Shown here in pieces: positions 5,889 through 12,700 of a DNA stretch of 12,700 bases. Within the stretch, counting starts at the first letter, position 1, and every line of letters begins with the position of its first letter. The notes under the pieces are model-generated. The model was not told the origin of the DNA and did not search any database. It saw only the letters and a program-made list of their open reading frames with translations. Position numbers and translations under genes: made by a program. Origin of the DNA: a virus. Where the stretch lies: UHGV virus genome UHGV-0853290. One strand, given 5' to 3'.

Positions 5889-6182
5889 CCTTTTTTTACT
5901 ATCACCAATGCAGTTATTTGTACTGGCATAGCAATTCGCGTTGTCACTTTCCAGCGTAATGGATCTCAACACCGAAGATGGGGTGGGTGGATTGCTTATT
6001 TCCTGATTGTTGCTGCGGCCAGTATTCCTGTTCGTGTCGTTTATGCAATCTGGTTACGCACGCCAATGGCTGTGGATTTATCTGAGGTCATTATCAACGC
6101 TGTCATGCTTGCTGCGGTTATTAAAACGCGCGGTAACGTCGTTCAGATTTTCAAAATAACGAGGTCTAAACATGGAGATTAA
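5875..6182 (+). pseudogene. second small membrane protein of the lysis cluster (holin/antiholin-like), out of frame with its start codon
   Basis: ATG 5875 with GGGGAG 8 nt upstream gives only 18 codons. A hydrophobic frame with no start codon runs from 5889 to TAA 6180-6182. The two frames meet at a T7 run (5891-5897). Confidence 0.4.
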
Positions 6183-6798
6183 ACAATTCCAGCGAGCTGC
6201 TGGTATTAGCGAGGCGCTGGCCGCTCGCTGGTTCTCGCATATAACTTCTGCGATGAAAGAGTTTGGTATCAGCAAAGCAGAAGATCAGGCAATGTTTATT
6301 GCTCAAGTCGGGCATGAGTCTGGAGGCTTCACCCGGTTGCAGGAAAATTTCAACTACAGCGTCAGCGGACTGGCTAACTTCGTTCGGGCTGGGCGTCTCA
6401 CTCAGGGACAGGCTAATGCACTTGGTCGCCGTGCTGGTGAACCACCATTGCCACTCGAGCGCCAGAGAGCGATCGCCAATCTGGTGTACAGCAAACGCAT
6501 GGGGAACAATGCCTCTAGTGATGGCTGGAATTACCGTGGCCGCGGACTTATCCAGATTACCGGTTTGAATAACTATCGTGATTGCGGAAACGGCCTGAAA
6601 GTGGACCTGCTGGAGAATCCTGAACTGCTGGCGCAGGACGAATATGCGGCTCGTAGCGCGGCGTGGTTTTTCTCCAGCAAAGGCTGCATGAAGTATTCCG
6701 GAGATATTGTACGTGTAACTCTGATTATCAATGGTGGCAGGAACGGCATCGACGACAGGCGGGCGCGTTACTGTGCTGCTCGTAAGGCGCTGTTATGA
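6172..6798 (+). CDS. endolysin, glycoside hydrolase family 19 (chitinase-like) type
   Basis: ATG 6172 with GAGG 7 nt upstream. Motifs GHESGGF and [12 protein letters not shown] are as I recall for GH19 phage endolysins. Stop overlaps the next start (ATGA at 6795-6798). Confidence 0.75.
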   Translation: MEIKQFQRAAGISEALAARWFSHITSAMKEFGISKAEDQAMFIAQVGHESGGFTRLQENFNYSVSGLANFVRAGRLTQGQANALGRRAGEPPLPLERQRAIANLVYSKRMGNNASSDGWNYRGRGLIQITGLNNYRDCGNGLKVDLLENPELLAQDEYAARSAAWFFSSKGCMKYSGDIVRVTLIINGGRNGIDDRRARYCAARKALL

Positions 6799-6995
6799 TC
6801 TGGGCATTCGTAAAAGCATATTGGAAACAGTTGGTTATCATGGCGATCCTTGCTGTTCTGGTCATGTCAGGAGTTGTAGCCTGGAATGCACACGGCAGTC
6901 GTCAGTACGACGCCGGGTATGCGCAGGCGAAAGAAGACCGCAAAGCCGAAGAAGAAAAAGTTACGTCAGCACTACGAACAGGAGAAAGCGACTAA
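6795..6995 (+). CDS. i-spanin (Rz-like) N-terminal fragment with transmembrane anchor
   Basis: [30 protein letters not shown] is a single TMD; frame terminates at TAA 6993-6995, while the rest of an Rz-like protein continues in the +1 frame. Confidence 0.55.
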   Translation: MIWAFVKAYWKQLVIMAILAVLVMSGVVAWNAHGSRQYDAGYAQAKEDRKAEEEKVTSALRTGESD

Positions 6996-7278
6996 TGAAC
7001 GTGAAGCGCAGCAGAGGATCGATCAGGCGCGCAGCGATGCTCTTGATGCTGCCGCTCGCGCTGGCAGGTTGCAGCAACAGCTCGTTGCCATCCGTGAGCA
7101 GCTCAGGCAGTATAACGCCACTGTCGGCGCTGGGACGTCAGCCGCAGACACCGGGGTTTTGCTTGCCGACGTGCTCAGCAAATCTCTCGAGCGAAACAGA
7201 CAACTGGCAGAGTACGCTGACCGGGCATCCGAAGCCGGACGAGTCTGTGAAAAGCAGTACGATTCGCTGACCAGGTGA
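6886..7278 (+). CDS. i-spanin (Rz-like) C-terminal fragment (periplasmic coiled-coil part)
   Basis: Frame open 6886-7278; Rz-like sequence from about 6961 ([40 protein letters not shown] ... CEKQYDSLTR). Junction with the TMD frame is in the A-rich stretch GAAGAAGAAAAAG (6948-6960). Confidence 0.55.
   Translation: MHTAVVSTTPGMRRRKKTAKPKKKKLRQHYEQEKATNEREAQQRIDQARSDALDAAARAGRLQQQLVAIREQLRQYNATVGAGTSAADTGVLLADVLSKSLERNRQLAEYADRASEAGRVCEKQYDSLTR
6995..7270 (+). CDS. o-spanin (Rz1-like) outer-membrane lipoprotein, embedded in the +1 frame of Rz
   Basis: ATG 6995 with GGAG 10 nt upstream. Signal peptide with lipobox (MLLMLPLALAGCSN), Pro/Ser-rich mature part. Confidence 0.6.
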   Translation: MNVKRSRGSIRRAAMLLMLPLALAGCSNSSLPSVSSSGSITPLSALGRQPQTPGFCLPTCSANLSSETDNWQSTLTGHPKPDESVKSSTIR

Positions 7279-7289
7279 CATGGCATTTT

Positions 7290-7570
7290 TCATGGTACTG
7301 ATTTCCGGTGACGGTATATAAAACGGTACGGTAAAAATCTGTTTTTGGAAAGTTGTTACCAGTCAATTGGTTATGCTTACCGTAAATAATTGAGTGGGAA
7401 TGATTAACAGCTAACTCATAGCAACTCATTCCTATTCAGATACTAATTTAACCCTCTGTTTTTACAGAGGGTTTTTGTTTTTATGTATTCATTTCTATTC
7501 ACTCTACACCATATTTTTCTGCGGTACAGGTGACGGTATTACCTTAAAGGTATACTCTCATACCGTCATG
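7290..7570. other. attP-like region with clustered integrase arm-type repeats
   Basis: GGTGACGGTAT at 7307-7317 and again at 7529-7539; inverted copy ATACCGTCA at 7560-7568; further ACGGTA/CGGTAA units at 7323-7334 and TTACCGTAA at 7377-7385. Sits directly upstream of the integrase gene. Confidence 0.4.
7451..7482 (+). terminator. rho-independent terminator of the lysis operon
   Basis: Stem ACCCTCTG / CAGAGGGT with loop TTTTTA, followed by TTTTTGTTTTT. Confidence 0.8.
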
Positions 7571-8851
7571 AAAATGGTTTCTATACGGGTGAATTGTGCT
7601 TACCGATACAAAATTAAAAACCTCAAGCCGCAGGACAAACTGTACAAGGTCTCCGATCGTGACGGGCTGTATGTAGCTGTGCTTACGTCAGGCACGGTCT
7701 CGTTTCGCTATGACTACCGTATCAACGGTCGCCGCGAAACACTGGTAATCGGGCAGTATGGGCGTGACGGTATCAGCCTGGCAGAAGCGCGAGAAGAACT
7801 GATTGCTGCAAAGAAGCTGCTTAAAGCAGGCCAGTCACCGGCTGCGGCTAAACGTGACGGTATCAAAAAGATTCGTGGTGCAGAGACGTTTACGGTACAT
7901 ACCGACAGTTATATGAAACGCGTCATCCTGGCTGACAGTACCCGCGCAATGAAGCAGGCGGTGATCGACCGTGACATACTTCCAGTTCTTGGCAACAAAA
8001 TGATGACTGAAATTACCACATCGATGGTTCGTGATTTGTGTGACCGGATTGTCGAACGCGGTGGTCGGGCAACAGCAGTACAGGCAAGGGAGATCATCAG
8101 CAGCGTATACCGTCACGCCAATGACCGTGGTCATGGTTTGTTTAATCCTGCGGCTGACATTAAACCTTCGTCTATCGCCATATTTAAACCAAGAGAGCGA
8201 ACACTGACACCAGAAGAAATTGGCCTGTTCTTCCGCAAGCTGGATGCCATTGGTGCTATGGGCACTATGAAAATGGCTTTAAAGCTGGTGCTTATCACTA
8301 TGGTTCGTAAAGGCGAATTCACCAACGCAACGTGGGATGAAATAGATTTTAAAAAATGGACATGGACAATTCCTTCAGACCGCATGAAGGGAAGCCGGGC
8401 GCACGTTATTTACCTGCCTAAACAGGCTCAGGATATATTGGTCGGGTTGCAGATGTGCGCTGGTGGAAGTGAATATCTGGTTCCTGGTCGTTACAATTTC
8501 CGGAAGACATTATCTAATGCCGCGCTGAACTCTCTGATCGACAGAACGGTGAAAATAATAAATGAAGATGGTGAGCATATTCAGGGCTTCACCGTACACG
8601 ATATGCGCCGTACAGCCAGTACATTGTTGCATGAGGCTGGTTATCCTTCAGACTGGATTGAAAAGGCTCTGGCACATGAGCAGAAAGGTGTGCGCGCCGT
8701 ATATAACAAAGCGGAATACGCCAGACAGCGCGCCTACATGTTGCAGCAGTGGGCCGATATGATTGATTCCTGGATTGACGGGGAGCATACGGATCTGATT
8801 CCGTTCTCCCCGTCGAAGTTTGAGAAGTGGATGGCGGAGAATAACGTTTAA
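7568..8851 (+). CDS. int: tyrosine-type phage integrase
   Basis: Frame 7475-8851; preferred start ATG 7568 (7574 also possible), since 7475 is a TTG inside the terminator U-run. N-terminal arm-binding pattern (LKPQDKLYKVSDRDGLYVAV...FRYDYRINGRRE) and C-terminal HDMRRTAST ... VYNKAEY. Confidence 0.85.
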   Translation: MKMVSIRVNCAYRYKIKNLKPQDKLYKVSDRDGLYVAVLTSGTVSFRYDYRINGRRETLVIGQYGRDGISLAEAREELIAAKKLLKAGQSPAAAKRDGIKKIRGAETFTVHTDSYMKRVILADSTRAMKQAVIDRDILPVLGNKMMTEITTSMVRDLCDRIVERGGRATAVQAREIISSVYRHANDRGHGLFNPAADIKPSSIAIFKPRERTLTPEEIGLFFRKLDAIGAMGTMKMALKLVLITMVRKGEFTNATWDEIDFKKWTWTIPSDRMKGSRAHVIYLPKQAQDILVGLQMCAGGSEYLVPGRYNFRKTLSNAALNSLIDRTVKIINEDGEHIQGFTVHDMRRTASTLLHEAGYPSDWIEKALAHEQKGVRAVYNKAEYARQRAYMLQQWADMIDSWIDGEHTDLIPFSPSKFEKWMAENNV

Positions 8852-9042
8852 TTATTCTGCTGATTTTCTTCCATCTCGGCTTCTGCTGCCAGTGATTCAA
8901 TTTTATCTGTGAATATTGCTGACAGTGTTGCAAATTCAGCATCAGTGACAGCGGGAATTGGAACAAACCTGATCCCGCTGTGTGCAAGCATGTTTGCAGT
9001 TTCAAGGCATTTCCTTAAATCTGCTGGTGATGCCCTGTTCAT
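8848..9042 (-). CDS. hypothetical protein (64 aa), coupled to the methyltransferase gene
   Basis: ATG 9042 overlaps the methyltransferase stop (ATGA); GGGAG upstream. Acidic C-terminus. Its stop overlaps the integrase stop on the opposite strand. Confidence 0.45.
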   Translation of the reverse strand: MNRASPADLRKCLETANMLAHSGIRFVPIPAVTDAEFATLSAIFTDKIESLAAEAEMEENQQNN

Positions 9043-9689
9043 GCTGCACGCTCCCGCCCCTGGTTGTCTGTTGGTGACAGCGGAGCATTGCTGAATGCAT
9101 TTGTTAATCTGGCAATATCCAACGCGTATCCAGGGTGTAGTTGCACTGCCTGGTCTTCGCACTGATTACCCCAAACATCGAAACCATGAGACGACTGGCG
9201 GGCGAACAGTTCAATGCGAGAAACATCGCCTAACAATTGCACAAGTTTTTCACGAACGACATCTGGTTTTCTTGAATGCTCAAGCCGCGGTGCGGTAAAT
9301 GACTGAACGATCCCTGCATTAATGCGCGGAGGTAGTTTTCCCTTTACTGCAAACAGGCAATCTTCACTATTGGCGCGAGTCATGTGTCCCATACCCATAA
9401 CCAGTTTATCTGGTTGTCGACTACCACATTTTATCCACGTGAAGCCCTTCATGGTCATCAGACGGAATCCCCAGGCTTCAACAACTTTTAGCGCTTCGAG
9501 TGGTTGTGTTGGCACCCACCACATGGCCAACAGACAGTTTTCATCGGCCAAATCCCACACAGGAAGGCGGCAGATATCCAGCACACTCATAACCGGATAT
9601 TTAAAACCGGCACCGCGATTACCATCTGCGGCTTTATCCCGGTATACCCAGGGTGGATCTGCATAGATTAGCGTGTATTTCTTAGTCAT
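9039..9689 (-). CDS. DNA N6-adenine methyltransferase, MT-A70 family
   Basis: ATG 9689 with GGGTGG upstream; N-terminal IYADPPW motif (DPPW) typical of the MT-A70 family. Confidence 0.8.
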   Translation of the reverse strand: MTKKYTLIYADPPWVYRDKAADGNRGAGFKYPVMSVLDICRLPVWDLADENCLLAMWWVPTQPLEALKVVEAWGFRLMTMKGFTWIKCGSRQPDKLVMGMGHMTRANSEDCLFAVKGKLPPRINAGIVQSFTAPRLEHSRKPDVVREKLVQLLGDVSRIELFARQSSHGFDVWGNQCEDQAVQLHPGYALDIARLTNAFSNAPLSPTDNQGRERAA

Positions 9690-9981
9690 AAACCACCCCG
9701 CAACATCCTATGCCGCTATAGTCGCCACGGCGAAGGACGTTACCTTTTGTGATACATTGGTCCCTGCGAACCGCGATCCTTGCACGCTCAACATCACCAG
9801 AAGCAACATCCATACACTGAAGCCAAAGGTGGGCGGCAATGCGGAACTGCCCTTTTTTCTCTCTTTCAATTGCGCGTTTTTCGATCTCTATCGCCGCAGG
9901 AGTAACGGCAACAACCTTTGAAGGGCTGCGCATTGAAACCTTGTTCATGTGATATTTTTCAAGTCGGCTTAACTTTCTCAC
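9682..9981 (-). CDS. hypothetical small protein, possibly a PerC/ANR-like regulator
   Basis: GTG 9981 with GAGAGGG upstream (ATG 9948 is an alternative). Stop overlaps the methyltransferase start by 8 nt. Family assignment is a weak recollection only (AAHLWLQCMDVA). Confidence 0.45.
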   Translation of the reverse strand: MRKLSRLEKYHMNKVSMRSPSKVVAVTPAAIEIEKRAIEREKKGQFRIAAHLWLQCMDVASGDVERARIAVRRDQCITKGNVLRRGDYSGIGCCGVVYD

Positions 9982-10090
9982 TTAATCCAACCCTCTCAGA
10001 AAATTAATGCCAGCAGATAAAGCCATGCTGAAACAGAGGCCAGGAATAAGTACCATCCTGACCATTTGCTCCAGTGCCTTAGCAGCACAC

Positions 10091-10339
10091 TCATGCAGCG
10101 TTGCTCACAGGACGATATACACGTTGCTGAACCGGAGGCTTTTTACCCTGGAACACTGCCGGGCTTGCTGCCTGACGTTCATCAAGCCAACGCTCAATTT
10201 CGTCACGGTTCCATGCGCAGCGTTTGTCAGTGATATACCAGCGTTTAGGAAATTCACCTGCGCGCTCCATACGGTCGATAGTGCTCCATGACAGTGGCAC
10301 CACCGCCAGGAGTTCCTTCTTACCTAATGCACCTTTCAT
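10091..10339 (-). CDS. AlpA-family HTH protein (excisionase/transcriptional regulator-like)
   Basis: ATG 10339 with GAGAGG upstream. LSWSTIDRMERAGEFPKRWYITDKRCAWNRDEIERWL matches the AlpA/Xis-type winged-helix pattern. Confidence 0.6.
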   Translation of the reverse strand: MKGALGKKELLAVVPLSWSTIDRMERAGEFPKRWYITDKRCAWNRDEIERWLDERQAASPAVFQGKKPPVQQRVYRPVSNAA

Positions 10340-10388
10340 AAATACCTCTCTTGGTTGCAGTGCGGCGCGCGTGGCGCCGCGGTGGTGG

Positions 10389-11270
10389 TTACATAGATGT
10401 TTCGTTTAATTCTTCCCGACGAACGCTGTAAACGTCGGTGGCTTTTGCCAGCAGTTCGTCATCATCTGAAAGTTTTTGTGCAATGTATTTGTAAGCCTTA
10501 TCCAGTTCGGAGACAGTGCTGTAATTCATCGCTGCGCTGGTAAAGGCCATCAGCATTTCTTCTGGATCACGGCTATCCGCTTTACGCGTTTGCTCATCAG
10601 GCTTTTTCACTGTTTTAGCGTTGATCAGACTATTCATTCCCGCAGCCGTAGTTGTTTGCGGAGTAATGTCTCGTTCAACGCGCGGTGCCGTTTCCTGTAA
10701 TTCGTCAGGGGTGTAAACACCGAGAAGTACATCAGGAGCGTGCAGGCGAGCCCATCGTTTCGTGCAAAGATAGGCAAGCTGCTGGCGCGGATCCTGTTCC
10801 CACAATGGAGAGTTACGCACTCCGGCTTGCGCCATACTGATGGTAAGCTCACGGGGTTCTGCTTCTCCTTTAAGAACTGCTGACACAGTTACCGTCAGAT
10901 TCGGTGATTTATCTGTATTGCCGTTAACATTCGACCAGTCACCGCTCCAGCGATAATTCAGGCGTGTCGCTAGCAGGCTGGAAGAAGATACGACCGCGTT
11001 TACCAACTGTGCTTCGTAGCCTAACGTTCCGTTTACCACATGCGTTTTCTGCGCCACGGCGAAAGGGTTCATTCCCCACTGTGCCGCCTGCATGGTCACC
11101 GCCAGACAATCGGCAGGTTTGCCTTCAAGATGTTTCGGTACAGTCGCTTTGCTTTGTGACATCAACTCTGCGAAACGCACCAGTTGATTCATGCCCTCCG
11201 GGCTGAAGATTGCCGCAGCAGTACCTACAGTTGCGCCTGGTTGTGATGTGATTGCGATATCATTGCTCAT
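10389..11270 (-). CDS. RecT/Redbeta-family single-strand annealing protein
   Basis: ATG 11270 overlaps the upstream stop (ATGA). AAQWGMNPFAVAQKTHVVNG resembles the Redbeta/RecT core (lambda Bet, from memory, has ANQYGLNPW). Confidence 0.75.
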   Translation of the reverse strand: MSNDIAITSQPGATVGTAAAIFSPEGMNQLVRFAELMSQSKATVPKHLEGKPADCLAVTMQAAQWGMNPFAVAQKTHVVNGTLGYEAQLVNAVVSSSSLLATRLNYRWSGDWSNVNGNTDKSPNLTVTVSAVLKGEAEPRELTISMAQAGVRNSPLWEQDPRQQLAYLCTKRWARLHAPDVLLGVYTPDELQETAPRVERDITPQTTTAAGMNSLINAKTVKKPDEQTRKADSRDPEEMLMAFTSAAMNYSTVSELDKAYKYIAQKLSDDDELLAKATDVYSVRREELNETSM

Positions 11271-12106
11271 ACGTACATATCCTGTTTACGTGCCCAGTCA
11301 GGGCGTTTAATAATTTCCACTCCGCCCCACTCATCGTTGATGCGGCATTCGTGATAGGTATTCAGATCCCGGCGGAACAGAGCGTGCCCGGCATCGACAT
11401 CCGGAGCATCCAGCTCGAACACGCGTACCGGATATCGACCACAATCAATGCTTTCGCTCACGGCAAGAAAGAAAAAACCATGCGGCTGACCAGTAACCCT
11501 CATTGCGCCTTCGCGATACATTGCGTCCTGCACGTGGTAGCGGAATTCCTCGATGTGGCGTGCAAAACGGTCCATATCTGCAACCTTTTTCACGTCGACG
11601 ATCACGTTGTGCTCGTTCAGCCATTTGTCTGGACGAATGCGGCACAACTCACCAGTCTCTTCATCGTTCCAGTACATTGATGCTTCGCAGTAACCAGGTG
11701 CTTCCAGCATCCAGCGTGCCGCCGGGTGAGCCATTGCGCTATCACGCATCAGCTCCAGTTTCCGCCACTGCTCGGCATCAAGTACCGTAATCCCCATATC
11801 CGCTACATCACGAAGAAATGCTTCTTCGTCAGCTTTACCTTGTTTCGTCCGACGATCGAACTTTGGTGAAACAATGAAGCGTTTGTCGAATTCTCCAGGT
11901 TCCAGAAGCAGACAGTGCAGAGCAGTACCCATGTCCAGTGCAGATTTCTTCTCTTCGTCTTCTGGTGCTGCCTGAACCCATTTAAGAAGCGCCGGATTCT
12001 TGGCAACCATGTCCAGTTGCGACTTACTCACGCCGTCACCGGCGTGGTAGTCATCGTTGCTGATGTCGAATAAATTCCCGGTTTCATGCCGCGTCCCTCT
12101 GTCCAT
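11267..12106 (-). CDS. PD-(D/E)xK exonuclease (RecE/YqaJ/exonuclease VIII-like partner of RecT)
   Basis: ATG 12106 (TTG 12109 alternative). Motifs GTALHCLLLE, RIRPD, IVDVKKV, YHVQDAMY fit a RecB-like nuclease fold; directly upstream of and coupled to the annealing protein. Confidence 0.7.
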   Translation of the reverse strand: MDRGTRHETGNLFDISNDDYHAGDGVSKSQLDMVAKNPALLKWVQAAPEDEEKKSALDMGTALHCLLLEPGEFDKRFIVSPKFDRRTKQGKADEEAFLRDVADMGITVLDAEQWRKLELMRDSAMAHPAARWMLEAPGYCEASMYWNDEETGELCRIRPDKWLNEHNVIVDVKKVADMDRFARHIEEFRYHVQDAMYREGAMRVTGQPHGFFFLAVSESIDCGRYPVRVFELDAPDVDAGHALFRRDLNTYHECRINDEWGGVEIIKRPDWARKQDMYV

Positions 12107-12383
12107 CAAGCTGATCCGCCAGATCCCAGCGGGCGATAATTGCCATTGCCTCGCGCCGGTAGGAATCCATCAGTTCTTCGAACTCAGGGCTGTCTTTAGC
12201 TGCTTCCAGCACTTCCTGGCGAACGCCTTTGCCTGTTACAACGTCGAAAGCTGAGGCCAGTTGATGAAGCCGGATACTCTCAATCAGTTCGACTTGTCGG
12301 TCATATAGCTGTTCTGACAGGCGGTAGTCCTTGTCGAATGCCAGCATGATTTTTTGAAGATTTTTCTGCTGATTAACGTTCAT
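12084..12383 (-). CDS. hypothetical protein (99 aa)
   Basis: ATG 12383 with GGGAGGG upstream (ATG 12398 alternative); overlaps the exonuclease start by 23 nt. No family recognised. Confidence 0.5.
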   Translation of the reverse strand: MNVNQQKNLQKIMLAFDKDYRLSEQLYDRQVELIESIRLHQLASAFDVVTGKGVRQEVLEAAKDSPEFEELMDSYRREAMAIIARWDLADQLDGQRDAA

Positions 12384-12385
12384 TA

Positions 12386-12538
12386 TCAGCCCTCCCATAT
12401 CTCGTTATCGTTGGCCACATCTCGAGCTTCTTTGCTGACGAAAGCCCACTTAATACCTTCCTGTAAGGTGCGGAACTTCCAGCTCATGAATCCGCATGCA
12501 GTAACGCAGTACCAACCGTTGATGATTTTCCACTGCAT
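12386..12538 (-). CDS. hypothetical small protein (50 aa), first gene of the minus-strand early operon
   Basis: ATG 12538 with AGGT 7 nt upstream; ends TGA 12386-12388 next to the following start. Below the ORF-track cutoff. Product MQWKIINGWYCVTACGF... Confidence 0.35.
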   Translation of the reverse strand: MQWKIINGWYCVTACGFMSWKFRTLQEGIKWAFVSKEARDVANDNEIWEG

Positions 12539-12557
12539 AACTTGTTACCTCGGTTTG

Positions 12558-12572
12558 TTACCGTCGAGGTAA
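12558..12572. promoter_or_regulatory. box A operator TTACC-N5-GGTAA overlapping the early promoter -10/+1
   Basis: TTACCgtcgaGGTAA; nested in a larger inverted repeat TTACCTCG-N12-CGAGGTAA (12545-12572). Confidence 0.5.
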
Positions 12573-12600
12573 TGATTATGCGTATCTGGTTTGATGTCAA
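12572..12600 (-). promoter_or_regulatory. sigma70-type early promoter (minus strand)
   Basis: On the minus strand: -35 TTGACA (rc of 12595-12600), 17-bp spacer, -10 AATCAT (rc of 12572-12577); about 35 nt upstream of the start at 12538. Confidence 0.45.
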
Positions 12601-12619
12601 TAGATATGAGTTAAAAAAA

Positions 12620-12634
12620 TTACCCATAAGGTAA
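12620..12634. promoter_or_regulatory. box A operator TTACC-N5-GGTAA upstream of the early promoter -35
   Basis: TTACCcataaGGTAA, 19 bp upstream of the -35 hexamer. Confidence 0.5.
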
Positions 12635-12641
12635 TCTTGCT

Positions 12642-12671
12642 GGCAATAAAAAAGCCGCCATGAGGCGGCTT
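12642..12671 (-). terminator. rho-independent terminator for a minus-strand transcript entering from the right
   Basis: Stem AGCCGCC / GGCGGCT with loop ATGA; on the minus strand it is followed by TTTTTTATTG. Confidence 0.7.
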
Positions 12672-12700
12672 ACTTACTGAAAAATATGATTTTATTTTTG

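Noticed and set aside
6263-6568. 101-aa ORF in an alternative frame inside the endolysin gene
   Set aside because: Entirely inside a gene with clear GH19-type motifs; no independent signals.
6731-6994. Upstream part of the 179-aa ORF containing Rz1
   Set aside because: Only the segment from ATG 6995 has lipoprotein signal-peptide features; the upstream portion is out-of-frame overlap with the endolysin and Rz.
7475-7567. TTG start at 7475 for the integrase
   Set aside because: It lies inside the U-run of the lysis-operon terminator, and the resulting N-terminus (MFLCIHFYSLY...) precedes the conserved integrase N-terminal domain.
10362-10380. GC-rich hairpin GCGGCGC-GCGTG-GCGCCGC as a terminator between the RecT-like and AlpA-like genes
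   Set aside because: Not followed by a U-run on either strand; more likely an RNA processing or stability element than an intrinsic terminator.
1-12700. tRNA, rRNA or CRISPR array
   Set aside because: No T-arm-like GTTCGAATC-type motifs with CCA context, no rRNA-like blocks, and no regularly spaced direct repeats with spacers.

Overview
This window reads as a segment of a temperate enterobacterial-type phage or prophage; all calls are from reading the sequence and from remembered protein families, with no database search run. Left to right: a small exported-protein gene (19-180, +), a Bro-N/KilAC antirepressor (254-964, -), a self-contained two-gene cassette with its own sigma70 promoter and terminator (1386-2397, +) encoding an unrecognised basic/acidic protein coupled to a YafO-family toxin-like protein, a small KilAC-only paralog behind a consensus LexA box (2421-2678, -), a tailspike split by a frameshift in an A7 run (2874-5355, +), a lysis cassette (holin, an out-of-frame second membrane protein, GH19 endolysin, Rz/Rz1 with Rz also split), a strong terminator, an attP-like repeat cluster, a tyrosine integrase (7568-8851, +), and a minus-strand early operon (small ORFs, PD-(D/E)xK exonuclease, RecT/Redbeta annealing protein, AlpA-like HTH protein, small regulator, MT-A70 methyltransferase). 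The best candidate for an undescribed system is the two-gene toxin cassette. Also notable is a recurring 15-bp palindrome TTACC-N5-GGTAA, three times paired with a CCATATRTGGTTT box about 30 bp downstream, which looks like the operator set of an unidentified regulator. No rRNA, tRNA or CRISPR array was found.
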